DNA from: Aquifex aeolicus VF5
GTDB taxonomy: Bacteria > Aquificota > Aquificia > Aquificales > Aquificaceae
Direction of reading: 5' to 3'
Assembly: GCF_000008625.1 (NCBI RefSeq)
Contig: NC_000918.1
Span: 1,140,001 to 1,172,000, forward strand
Length of the DNA stretch: 32,000 nt
A program made the translations under genes and the position numbers. The notes under the pieces are model-generated. The model was not told the DNA's origin. It did not search any database and saw only the letters and a program-made list of their open reading frames with translations. Numbering within the stretch: the first letter of the stretch is position 1; each line of letters begins with the position of its first letter. Positions 16,627 to 24,830 of the stretch are shown here, piece after piece.

Positions 16627-17133
16627 TTACCACACGAAGGCTATAACTTCTCCGCCCTTTCTCATTCTTCTGGCTTCGTGATCGGTCATGACTCCCGCGT
16701 CCGTGGAAACTATGGCTATTCCAAGTCCCCTCTTAACGTAAGGCATGGTTCTGACACCTGCGTACACCCTTCTTCCGCCCTTTGAGACTTTGACGATGTT
16801 CGTTATGGCGCTCTTCCTCTTCTTGGGGTCCAGGTATTTGAGGTATATCTTTATGGGGTACTGCGTTCCCTTGTTATACTCCTCAAGCTGCTTTAGGTAT
16901 CTCTTCATTTTGGGATTGGGTGACTTTTCAGCGAGTTCCTTCATCTTCTTGTACTCTTCTTCGTACTTTTCCCCTTTTAACGCTTCCCAGTCCTGAATGA
17001 AACCCTCTTTCTTTAGGACGTCGAGTATTCTCTCCTTTAACTTGGAAGACGGGACGTAGAGGAAGTCGTCTCTTCTCATAATAGCGTTCTTGATCGCGGA
17101 GAACATATCCGCTATTGGGTCAACGGCACTCAT
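16627..17133 (-). CDS. rpsH: 30S ribosomal protein S8 with an about 35-40 aa internal insertion
   Basis: DPIADMFSAIKNA at the N-terminus and GLGIAIVSTDAGVMTDHEARRMRKGGEVIAFVW at the C-terminus. There is an extra Lys/Glu-rich segment after EGFIQDWE. Confidence 0.9.
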   Translation of the reverse strand: MSAVDPIADMFSAIKNAIMRRDDFLYVPSSKLKERILDVLKKEGFIQDWEALKGEKYEEEYKKMKELAEKSPNPKMKRYLKQLEEYNKGTQYPIKIYLKYLDPKKRKSAITNIVKVSKGGRRVYAGVRTMPYVKRGLGIAIVSTDAGVMTDHEARRMRKGGEVIAFVW

Positions 17134-17173
17134 TACAAACCTCCTTCAAGCCGGCAGTTGGGCTTTAAACCCC

Positions 17174-17362
17174 TTACCAGCTTGCTTTTCTAACACCAGG
17201 TAGATCGCCCCTGAGGGCGTGTTCCCTGAAGCAAATTCTGCACATGTTAAAGTATCTGATAAAAGCCCTAGGTCTTCCGCATATGGGGCATCTATTCTTT
17301 TTCCTGCTCTTCCACTTCGGGTAATACATGAGATCTTTAGCTACCTTAGCCTTTCTAGGCAT
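17174..17362 (-). CDS. rpsZ: 30S ribosomal protein S14, zinc-binding type Z
   Basis: 62 aa, with [23 protein letters not shown] (CxxC...CxxC). It sits between rplE and rpsH. Confidence 0.9.
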   Translation of the reverse strand: MPRKAKVAKDLMYYPKWKSRKKNRCPICGRPRAFIRYFNMCRICFREHALRGDLPGVRKASW

Positions 17363-17395
17363 ACCTAACTTTACCTCCTGAAGCTAAGTATTTTA

Positions 17396-17962
17396 TCACA
17401 TAGACCTTATGGGCAGTCCTAGGAGTGAAAGTAGCCAGAAAGCTTCTTCGTCCGTTTCCGCGGTCGTGTTTATGATTATGTCCATACCCCTTATACGATC
17501 CACTTTGTCGTAGTCTATTTCGGGAAAGACTATCTGTTCCGCTATACCGAAGGCGTAATTCCCTCTTCCGTCAAAAGAACGAGGACTCAAACCTTTGAAG
17601 TCCTTAACTCTGGGAAGTGCCACTGAGATAAGCTTGTCAAGGAAGTCCCACATCCTTTCTTTTCTGAGGGTTACCTTGCAGCCTATGGGCATTCCTTTCC
17701 TGAGTTTGAATCCAGCTTCGGATTTTCTCGCTCTGGTAATTACAGGTTGCTGTCCCGTTATGGCTCTGAGGTCCTCTACCGCCCTTTCAAGCTGTCTTAT
17801 ATCCTGAACGGCTTCACCTACACCCATGTTTACGACTATCTTCTGGAGTCTGGGAATTTGCATAGGGCTTTTGTAATTGAACTTCTTCTGAAGTATGGGA
17901 ACTACTTCTTCCTTGTACTTTTTGTAAAGTCTCGGGACGTACTTCGTTTCAGTTGCACTCAT
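17396..17962 (-). CDS. rplE: 50S ribosomal protein L5
   Basis: [30 protein letters not shown] and [13 protein letters not shown]. Confidence 0.92.
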   Translation of the reverse strand: MSATETKYVPRLYKKYKEEVVPILQKKFNYKSPMQIPRLQKIVVNMGVGEAVQDIRQLERAVEDLRAITGQQPVITRARKSEAGFKLRKGMPIGCKVTLRKERMWDFLDKLISVALPRVKDFKGLSPRSFDGRGNYAFGIAEQIVFPEIDYDKVDRIRGMDIIINTTAETDEEAFWLLSLLGLPIRSM

Positions 17963-17963
17963 A

Positions 17964-18362
17964 TCAGCCTCCCTTTATTACCTTTTCACTAACGAGGTCT
18001 ATGTTTTCGTTACACTTCTTACAGTACCTGTACTTTCTCCTGACATTCCCTTCCTCTACTATCCTGAAACCTACCCTTGTGGGCTTGTTGCAGTTTGGGC
18101 ATATTAACATAACGTTGCTGATGTCTATCGGTCCTTCCGTTTCTATAATTCCGCCTTCCCTTACGCCTTCTATGGGCTTTACGTGTTTCTTTATAAGCCT
18201 CACGCCTTCCACTATTACGAAGTGCCTAACATAAACGGGATTTCCCTGCTTGTCCCTTCTCTTAACCCTTTCGTAAACCTTTAGAACCTTTCCCTGCTTT
18301 CCTTTTTCCTTACCTCTTACCACTAGAACCGTATCGCCCTTTTTGATCTTTGCTGCAGCCAT
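17964..18362 (-). CDS. rplX: 50S ribosomal protein L24 (KOW domain) carrying a CxxC...CxxC motif
   Basis: KOW motif [21 protein letters not shown]. The C-terminal hairpin carries CPNC (aa 88-91) and CKKC (aa 114-117). Confidence 0.9.
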   Translation of the reverse strand: MAAAKIKKGDTVLVVRGKEKGKQGKVLKVYERVKRRDKQGNPVYVRHFVIVEGVRLIKKHVKPIEGVREGGIIETEGPIDISNVMLICPNCNKPTRVGFRIVEEGNVRRKYRYCKKCNENIDLVSEKVIKGG

Positions 18363-18727
18363 TACACTACCTCCGGAGCAAGTGAAGCTATCTTGGTAAA
18401 GCCTTTATTCCTCACCTCTCTCGCTATAGGTCCCAGAACACGAGTTCCCAAAGGTTCTCCGTACTGGTTCAGGAGAACGCAGGCGTTGTCGTCAAACTTT
18501 ATGTAGCTTCCATCAGGTCTCCTGACCTCTTTAGCGGTTCTTACGATAATAGCCCTGTAAATCTTTCCTTTCTTTGCGTTTCCCTGAGGCAGGGCTTCCT
18601 TTACGGTTACCGTAACAACGTCTCCTAGCGTTGCGTACTTCCTCGGAGCATAAGGTATACCTATAACCTGAACCTTTTTCGCACCGGAGTTGTCCGCTAC
18701 ATTTAAGTAAGTTTGCCTCTGTATCAT
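18362..18727 (-). CDS. rplN: 50S ribosomal protein L14
   Basis: [23 protein letters not shown] is a classic L14 N-terminus. The stop overlaps the rplX start by 1 nt. Confidence 0.93.
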   Translation of the reverse strand: MIQRQTYLNVADNSGAKKVQVIGIPYAPRKYATLGDVVTVTVKEALPQGNAKKGKIYRAIIVRTAKEVRRPDGSYIKFDDNACVLLNQYGEPLGTRVLGPIAREVRNKGFTKIASLAPEVV

Positions 18728-18923
18728 GGCTTTTCACCCCTTTAATTAGAGTAAGGCAAATTGATATTATAACAAATTTATGTTAGAAACGCGAAGGTTT
18801 TTACAGCTCACTTTAGCCCACCGCAAACTATAATAAATTAACACTTCTTTAAGCCAGTATTGATAATTCTTATTGTTAAGTTATTGGACACAGGGTAAAT
18901 TTTTTATTTGCAGAGGTCAGGGA

Positions 18924-19421
18924 ATGGTAGGAATTAAGGATCAAATTAAAGCTCTCACGGAAGCTATAGAAAGGGAAAGTGTTCTTATTCATAGGGACGC
19001 TTTAATCGGTGCTTACAGGGATTTAAAGAAAGTCGCAAAGTTTGGGCTTGATAAGTTGATTAAGAAGGCTGCTGAATACGGGGGGAGAAAGGGAGCAAAA
19101 ACACTAAAGGAAAAGTACGCCATTTACACGGATCGCTTGGACGAAGCGATGGACGTGCTCTCCATAATAGCCGAATCTTCAAGGATGATAGGATACTTTG
19201 ATTACGATCCAAAGGCTATGGAAATAAAGATAGAGGGTTCTATTCTTGTTGAAGCTATTCCAAAGAGTGATAAACCCGTTTGCGAACCGATGGCAGGATT
19301 TTTCAAGGGATTTCTAAGTGAATTTCTGGAAAAGGACTACGAGGTTAAAGAGGTTCAGTGTCAGGCTCAAGGGTACGAGCAGTGTGTGTTCAGGATAAGA
19401 CAAAAGGGTGCTAAGAAGTAG
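18924..19421 (+). CDS. V4R-domain (4-vinyl reductase type) small-molecule-binding protein
   Basis: The C-terminal pattern CEPMAGFFKGFLSEFL...CQAQGYEQCVF is typical of V4R domains. The start was moved to the ATG at 18924 (GAGG Shine-Dalgarno 7 nt upstream) rather than the track's 18873. Confidence 0.6.
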   Translation: MVGIKDQIKALTEAIERESVLIHRDALIGAYRDLKKVAKFGLDKLIKKAAEYGGRKGAKTLKEKYAIYTDRLDEAMDVLSIIAESSRMIGYFDYDPKAMEIKIEGSILVEAIPKSDKPVCEPMAGFFKGFLSEFLEKDYEVKEVQCQAQGYEQCVFRIRQKGAKK

Positions 19422-20355
19422 CCTACTTCCCTTTTCGTACTTATACGAAAAAATTATTAACTTCAGAAACACACTTTACGATAAGGGATTTTTAAAGATA
19501 AAAAAACTTCCCGTTCCCGTGATTTCTGTAGGAAACCTCTCGGTGGGCGGAAGTGGAAAGACCTCCTTCGTTATGTACCTTGCCGACTTGTTGAAGGATA
19601 AAAGGGTTTGTATACTGTCCCGGGGCTACAAGAGAAAGAGTAAAGGTACCCTAATCGTTTCGGAGTACGGGAATTTAAAGGTTTCCTGGGAAGAGGCAGG
19701 GGACGAGCCCTACCTTATGGCCAAGTTGCTACCACATGTGAGCGTCGTGGCATCGGAGGACAGGTATAAGGGAGGACTCTTAGCTCTGGAAAAGTTATCT
19801 CCCGAGGTTTTTATTCTTGACGACGGATTTCAACACAGGAAACTCCACAGGGACCTTAATATCTTACTTTTAAAGAAAAAGGATTTGAAGGACAGGCTTC
19901 TCCCCGCCGGAAATCTGAGGGAACCTCTAAAGGAAATAAGGAGGGCAGACGCTTTAGTTCTTACCTACCAGGAAGTTGAGCCTTTTGAGTTCTTTACGGG
20001 AAAACCCACTTTCAAGATGTTCAGGGAGTTTTGCTGTTTGCTGAACTCAGACTTTGAAGAAGTGCCTTTTGATATTCTAAAGGAGAGAGAGGTTATAGCT
20101 TTCAGCGGACTCGGGGACAACGGACAATTCAGGAAAGTTTTGAAAAATTTAGGGATAAAGGTAAAAGAATTTATGTCCTTCCCCGATCACTACGATTACT
20201 CGGATTTCACACCAGAGGAGGGAGAAATTTACTTAACCACTCCAAAGGATCTAATAAAACTGCAGGGTTATGAGAACGTTTTTGCCCTGAACTTCAAAGT
20301 TAAGTTGGAAAGGGAAGAAAAGCTGAAAAAGCTCATTTATAGAATTTTTTACTGA
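19408..20355 (+). CDS. lpxK: tetraacyldisaccharide 4'-kinase (lipid A biosynthesis)
   Basis: P-loop VISVGNLSVGGSGKTS in LpxK context, plus ILSRGY and LDDGFQH. Confidence 0.87.
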   Translation: MLRSSLLPFSYLYEKIINFRNTLYDKGFLKIKKLPVPVISVGNLSVGGSGKTSFVMYLADLLKDKRVCILSRGYKRKSKGTLIVSEYGNLKVSWEEAGDEPYLMAKLLPHVSVVASEDRYKGGLLALEKLSPEVFILDDGFQHRKLHRDLNILLLKKKDLKDRLLPAGNLREPLKEIRRADALVLTYQEVEPFEFFTGKPTFKMFREFCCLLNSDFEEVPFDILKEREVIAFSGLGDNGQFRKVLKNLGIKVKEFMSFPDHYDYSDFTPEEGEIYLTTPKDLIKLQGYENVFALNFKVKLEREEKLKKLIYRIFY

Positions 20356-20824
20356 TTTGGGCTCTCTCTTCACCGCAGTTCACGTCTTCCCTTTCAATGT
20401 ATTCTTTTAGTTTTTGAACAGCTTCTTCTCCAGTAACGAGGTCCTGAAGATCCCTTTCCAAGTTTGCAGGCTTTAATTTTGCTATCCACCCTTCGCCGTA
20501 AGGATCTTCGTTTATGAGGTCAGGCTTGTCAAAGAGTTTTTCGTTCCTCTCAACAACTTCCCCTTCTATGTCCGCGGGAACGGGTCCAGCCCACTTTCCG
20601 CTTTCAAGGCTTGCCACGGGTTTTCCCTTCTTTACGTACTTTCCGGGTGGTTTAATACGTATGTTTATTATCTTTCCCGCCCTTGCCTGTCCGATGTCTG
20701 TAACTCCAACGGTTACGGTGCCGTCTTCGTTTACCTTAAACCAGACCTGATTTTCTATATCGTAGTAAAGGTCCTTCGGAATAACACAACCCCTGTATTC
20801 TTCAACCTTTTCCGCCATACTCAA
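20333..20824 (-). CDS. glycine-cleavage H-protein-like lipoyl carrier, atypical (163 aa)
   Basis: H-protein fold signatures VGVTDIGQ and EDPYGEGW are present. The lipoyl-lysine region reads SLESGKWAGPVP instead of the canonical ESVKA. An extra C-terminal segment of about 35 aa is present. Confidence 0.78.
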   Translation of the reverse strand: MSMAEKVEEYRGCVIPKDLYYDIENQVWFKVNEDGTVTVGVTDIGQARAGKIINIRIKPPGKYVKKGKPVASLESGKWAGPVPADIEGEVVERNEKLFDKPDLINEDPYGEGWIAKLKPANLERDLQDLVTGEEAVQKLKEYIEREDVNCGEERAQISKKFYK

Positions 20825-21365
20825 CCCCCAAAAGAATTTTACAAGAATTTTCCAAAACCGAAGTAATCTCGTAAGCCCTTATTAAGTTCTCCGCCCCTGC
20901 AAAAACACCGTGACCTTTAATTACCGCAATACTTTTTTCTTTTAATTCTTCCGCCAGGTTCTGCGCCAGCTCTTCACTCGCAGACGAATTTTCAAGTTCA
21001 AGAACGTTTACCTTTCCCAGAATAGCCTTACCTTCACTATCTAAGGGAGTTATCTCTTTGGTTTTGAGTGAGCACATAACGGCGTAAACAGGATGGGTGT
21101 GGAGAAGTGCTTTATGTTCTGTTTCTCTTAAAACTCTTCTATGAACTATAAGTTCCGAGGAAGCTCTCTCTTCTAGAATGCTTTCCCCTTCAAGGGGCAG
21201 TTCCAGTATGTCTCCTTCACTCAGGTTTCTGAAGTTCGCACCCGTTCTCGTTATGTAGAGTTTCCCGCTAAAAATTCTACTCATGTTTCCCGTGTAGGAA
21301 TAAGTCAGGTTTTCCTGAGATACGAGCTCAGCGCACTTTAAGAACTCTTTGAGTATAAACTCCAC
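20802..21365 (-). CDS. class II aldolase/adducin-domain protein (FucA/MtnB-like)
   Basis: GNMS, the LLHTHPVYA His pair and KGHGVF are typical of the zinc-dependent class II aldolase fold. GTG start. Overlaps the H-protein-like gene by 23 nt. Confidence 0.72.
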   Translation of the reverse strand: MEFILKEFLKCAELVSQENLTYSYTGNMSRIFSGKLYITRTGANFRNLSEGDILELPLEGESILEERASSELIVHRRVLRETEHKALLHTHPVYAVMCSLKTKEITPLDSEGKAILGKVNVLELENSSASEELAQNLAEELKEKSIAVIKGHGVFAGAENLIRAYEITSVLENSCKILLGVEYGGKG

Positions 21366-21413
21366 AAGTTTTTAGGATATCACTCAGGTCCTTACAAACC
21401 TTTAAAGATTTTC

Positions 21414-22136
21414 TTATAACTCAATTAGAACTACTTTTTGGGTGAGGCACTCAATTATCTCACTTAACTCTTTCCTGCTTACGAAGTAAACCCTTCCGCC
21501 CAAAGGATCTCCCTTTTCCTTCAAGGGAGTTATCCTGACGTATCCTATTTCCTTTCCCGAAACGTATCCCGTGACGTAATCGGGATCATCACTCCAGCAA
21601 AGCTCCGCCACAACACCGCAAAACAAGTTCTTAAAGGTCAGAGCCAGAGCGTCAACAGTTCTTAGGGTGTAGCCTTCCTTCAGGAGTTTTTCAGTTACTT
21701 TTTTCCTGTCCTTCCAGTCAAAGTGAATGGTTCTTACTCCCCTTTCCTTGTCCTCTTCAAGCCTCTCCCCTGTTTCTATATCCATAAGAACCGCACCTCT
21801 CATATTTCCGCCTTTGGGGTTTGCTCCCTTTGACAGGATTTCCACAGCCTTTTTTGCCACTTCCTCTTTTATACCTTCCTGGGTGAGTTTTTTTACTGCA
21901 AACTCCCTCGCTTCCTCCGGACTTTTGAAACTGTATGTGGATATTTTCAGGTTAAACTTCACAACTTCAAAATCCTTTACCTTTTCAACTTTTACGTTCA
22001 TAAAGTCAAATTCCTTCGGTCTGTTAAGGAGTTCTTTGACTGCGGTTTCCAGTTCCTCTTTTTTTACTATCCTTTCCGCTCCCGAGACGTGCTTTCCGTT
22101 TTTCTGTGCCCGCATTCTTACACTGAAAAGATCCAT
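21414..22136 (-). CDS. bioW: 6-carboxyhexanoate-CoA ligase (pimeloyl-CoA synthetase)
   Basis: MDLFSVRMRAQKNGKHVSGAERIV and an overall length of 240 aa match BioW as I recall it for Aquifex. Confidence 0.82.
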   Translation of the reverse strand: MDLFSVRMRAQKNGKHVSGAERIVKKEELETAVKELLNRPKEFDFMNVKVEKVKDFEVVKFNLKISTYSFKSPEEAREFAVKKLTQEGIKEEVAKKAVEILSKGANPKGGNMRGAVLMDIETGERLEEDKERGVRTIHFDWKDRKKVTEKLLKEGYTLRTVDALALTFKNLFCGVVAELCWSDDPDYVTGYVSGKEIGYVRITPLKEKGDPLGGRVYFVSRKELSEIIECLTQKVVLIEL

Positions 22137-22146
22137 AATTTTAAAT

Positions 22147-22665
22147 ATGGCGATAATTAAACCCTACAAAGGGAAGTACCCTAAAATACACGAAAGTGTT
22201 TACCTTTCCGAGAACGTCGTAGTAATTGGAGACGTGGAGATAGGAGAGGACTCAAGTATCTGGTTCGGGAGCGTGGTTCGGGGAGACGTCAATTACATAA
22301 GGATAGGGAAAAGGACGAACATTCAGGACAACTGCGTGGTTCACGTGACTCACGACACACACCCTACGATAATAGGAGACAACGTCACGATAGGACACAG
22401 AGTAGTTCTACACGGTTGCGTACTTCACAACAACATACTCGTGGGAATGGGAGCGGTTGTTATGGACGGTGTAGAGATAGAAGATTACGTAATTGTGGGA
22501 GCGGGAGCACTCGTCACTCCAAATAAAAAAATACCTTCCGGCGTTCTCGTTGCAGGTGTTCCTGCAAAGATAGTGAGGGATTTGAGAGAAGAGGAGATAA
22601 AACTCATAGAAGAGTCCGCCCAGAACTACGTGAATTACAAGAATGAGTACTTAAGAAGTGCTTAA
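22147..22665 (+). CDS. gamma-carbonic-anhydrase-like / left-handed beta-helix hexapeptide-repeat protein
   Basis: IHESVYLSENVVVIGDVEIGEDSSIWFGSVVRGDVNYIRIG, then VHVTHD and IGHRVVLHGC. The start is set at the ATG at 22147. The track's 140-aa upstream extension is antisense to bioW. Confidence 0.82.
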   Translation: MAIIKPYKGKYPKIHESVYLSENVVVIGDVEIGEDSSIWFGSVVRGDVNYIRIGKRTNIQDNCVVHVTHDTHPTIIGDNVTIGHRVVLHGCVLHNNILVGMGAVVMDGVEIEDYVIVGAGALVTPNKKIPSGVLVAGVPAKIVRDLREEEIKLIEESAQNYVNYKNEYLRSA

Positions 22666-23286
22666 GGTTCTTTTCCTTTCCTTTATCACGTCCTCGTAAG
22701 CCCACTTCTTGAGTATCTTTTGAATTTCTTCTTCCGAAAGGGAAGGCCTTGAGTACATACCCTTTTCTTCCCTCTGCCTCTGGGCTTCGTAGAGTATTAT
22801 CCCGGTGGCTACCGATACGTTCAGACTCTGGGCCATTCCGTACATGGGTATTACTATTTTCTTGTCTGCAATTTCTACTATTTCGGGGGAAACCCCTTGA
22901 AGTTCGTTTCCAACTACGAGAACGGTGGGTTTAGTGTAGTCCACTTCCCTGAAGTTTACCGACTCCTTTGAGAGCCAGGTGGCAACTATCTGAAAACCTC
23001 TATTTTTGAATTCAAGAAGTTTTTGGACGGGGTTGTCTACCTTTTCTATAAACACCCACTTGTGGGAACCCTGAGTTATTCCCTCGTTTATCTTTGCTTT
23101 TTTCCCTTCTGCGTGGTAGTAGTAAAGGTAAAGAACACCAACAGCATCGCAGGTTCTTACAATCGCGGAAAAGTTGTGCTCGTTTTTCACGTTGTCCGCA
23201 AAAACTATTAAATCTTTCTGTCTTTTCTCAAGCACTTCCCTTAGGCGCTTTAAGCGTTTTTCAAGAACGAGATATTCCATTACCAT
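22651..23286 (-). CDS. trmH: SpoU/TrmH-family tRNA (Gm18) 2'-O-methyltransferase
   Basis: SPOUT motifs NEHNFSAIVRTCDAVG, LVVGNELQGVS and IPMYGMAQSLNVSVATGIILYE. 211 aa. Confidence 0.82.
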   Translation of the reverse strand: MVMEYLVLEKRLKRLREVLEKRQKDLIVFADNVKNEHNFSAIVRTCDAVGVLYLYYYHAEGKKAKINEGITQGSHKWVFIEKVDNPVQKLLEFKNRGFQIVATWLSKESVNFREVDYTKPTVLVVGNELQGVSPEIVEIADKKIVIPMYGMAQSLNVSVATGIILYEAQRQREEKGMYSRPSLSEEEIQKILKKWAYEDVIKERKRTLSTS

Positions 23287-23327
23287 TAATTAAAATTACC
23301 CCTGAAAGTTCCGATTTAATAAATTAA

Positions 23328-23540
23328 ATGAAACTGGTGGAGAAACTCAGGGAAGTAAAGGAAAAAATCAAAAACCCTTTCAATTATGAGGGACTGGAAA
23401 AGGACTTTATGGAAATAGAAGAACTCCTTGAAAAAGCCTCAAAAGAAGAAGTGGAAAAAGCTTACAAGGAGTACGAAGAGGTAAAAAGGCTTTTCTGGAG
23501 AAACGTTGAAATTCTTAGGAAACTTTACGAGGTGGGCTAA
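23328..23540 (+). CDS. small Glu/Lys-rich helical protein, possibly a flagellar chaperone-like factor
   Basis: A 70-aa ORF ending directly before the flgK ATG (TAAATG). Predicted helical. The function is guessed from position only. Confidence 0.4.
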   Translation: MKLVEKLREVKEKIKNPFNYEGLEKDFMEIEELLEKASKEEVEKAYKEYEEVKRLFWRNVEILRKLYEVG

Positions 23541-24821
23541 ATGTTCGGAGCGAGCTTTAACATAATCTCTCAGGCACTTGAAGTTTACAAGAAGATGATA
23601 GACGTCAAAAACAGGAATATCGCAAACGCTCAGGAGGAAAACTACGTAGCGGAAGAACCCGTAGTTCAGAGCGACCTTTATTCGGGAATAACTTTTCAGG
23701 AAGTCAGGAGAATACAGAACTTTAACTTTATAAACACGAGAAACGAAAAACTCTCTTACGTAAGCTATCTGGAAGAGAGGAGGGATTATCTTTCAAAGCT
23801 TGAAAGTGTTTTTCAGGAACTCTCTCAGGGAAATGGATTAATAGATTACGTGAACAGGTTTTTCCAGTCCTATCAAGAACTCATGAAAGAACCGACAAAC
23901 GAGGGGGCAAAGAGCCAGTTTCTGGAAAGTGCTAAAATGCTTGTAAAAACGATTAAATCAAGATACGGCGAACTGACGCGGAGTTACAACGAGATTGACT
24001 ACACGATAAACGATTACGTCAGAAAAGTAAACGAACTGGTCAAAAAGATTTACAAAATTAACAAGGAAATTTTCTTCAAGTACGCTCAAACGAAAGTCCG
24101 CGGAGAGGACTACAAAACCCTTTTAGACCAGAGGGATAAATACTTAAAAGAACTTTCTCAGTACATAAACGTAAGGGCTCAGGAAGACGAGCTCGGGAGG
24201 ATAAAAGTTTACACGTCAAAGGGCTTTGTGCTCGTAGACTTTTCGGAAAATTTCTTCACCTTGAAGTACGAAGGCGGAAAATTAATATACGAAAAGGACG
24301 AGAGTGATATAACGAACGTCGTGGAAAGCGGACAAATCAAAGGCTTGATTGACGCAAAAGGAGACATAGAAAACTTGATAAACAAGTTAGACAATTTGAG
24401 AGATTACTTGGTAAACAACGTAAAAATTCCCGTAAATGGTGGCGGTGAGGCAAGTGTCTTTAGTGGAGCAAGTATAAACGATTTTGAGGTAGATGCTAAC
24501 CTTGAGACAAACTTAGGAAACCTTGACTTTTCAAGGACTCAGGATTACGCCCAAAACGCTTTAACGTGGTGGGAAGAGGCAAAAGGCAGAACGAAGGATA
24601 TAACCAATTACGTGGCTACACAGAAAAACGCTTTAGACTCGGAGTACGAAGTGGAAAAGGCACTTTACGACTCTTTAGAAAAGAAAATCCTTGAAAGGCA
24701 AGGTGTATCCATAGATCAGGAATTTATGGAGATAATGCAGATTCAGAAAAATTACGAGGCAGTAGCGAAAATTCTTCCGAGAATAGATGAGATGTTCAGG
24801 ACGCTTTTGAACATGGTGTGA
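23541..24821 (+). CDS. flgK: flagellar hook-associated protein 1
   Basis: The N-terminus FNIISQALEVYKKMIDVKNRNIANAQEENY and the C-terminal SIDQEFMEIMQIQKNYEAVAK match FlgK terminal helices. Confidence 0.85.
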   Translation: MFGASFNIISQALEVYKKMIDVKNRNIANAQEENYVAEEPVVQSDLYSGITFQEVRRIQNFNFINTRNEKLSYVSYLEERRDYLSKLESVFQELSQGNGLIDYVNRFFQSYQELMKEPTNEGAKSQFLESAKMLVKTIKSRYGELTRSYNEIDYTINDYVRKVNELVKKIYKINKEIFFKYAQTKVRGEDYKTLLDQRDKYLKELSQYINVRAQEDELGRIKVYTSKGFVLVDFSENFFTLKYEGGKLIYEKDESDITNVVESGQIKGLIDAKGDIENLINKLDNLRDYLVNNVKIPVNGGGEASVFSGASINDFEVDANLETNLGNLDFSRTQDYAQNALTWWEEAKGRTKDITNYVATQKNALDSEYEVEKALYDSLEKKILERQGVSIDQEFMEIMQIQKNYEAVAKILPRIDEMFRTLLNMV

Positions 24822-24830
24822 GGTAGTGAG

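Noticed and set aside
18873-18923. Upstream start MLSYWTQGKFFICRGQG for the V4R protein
   Set aside because: It has no ribosome-binding site. The internal ATG at 18924 has a well-spaced GAGG.
21727-22146. 140-codon upstream extension of the 312-aa ORF
   Set aside because: It is Ser/Phe/Leu-rich low-complexity sequence antisense to bioW. The hexapeptide-repeat protein starts naturally at MAIIKPYKG (22147).
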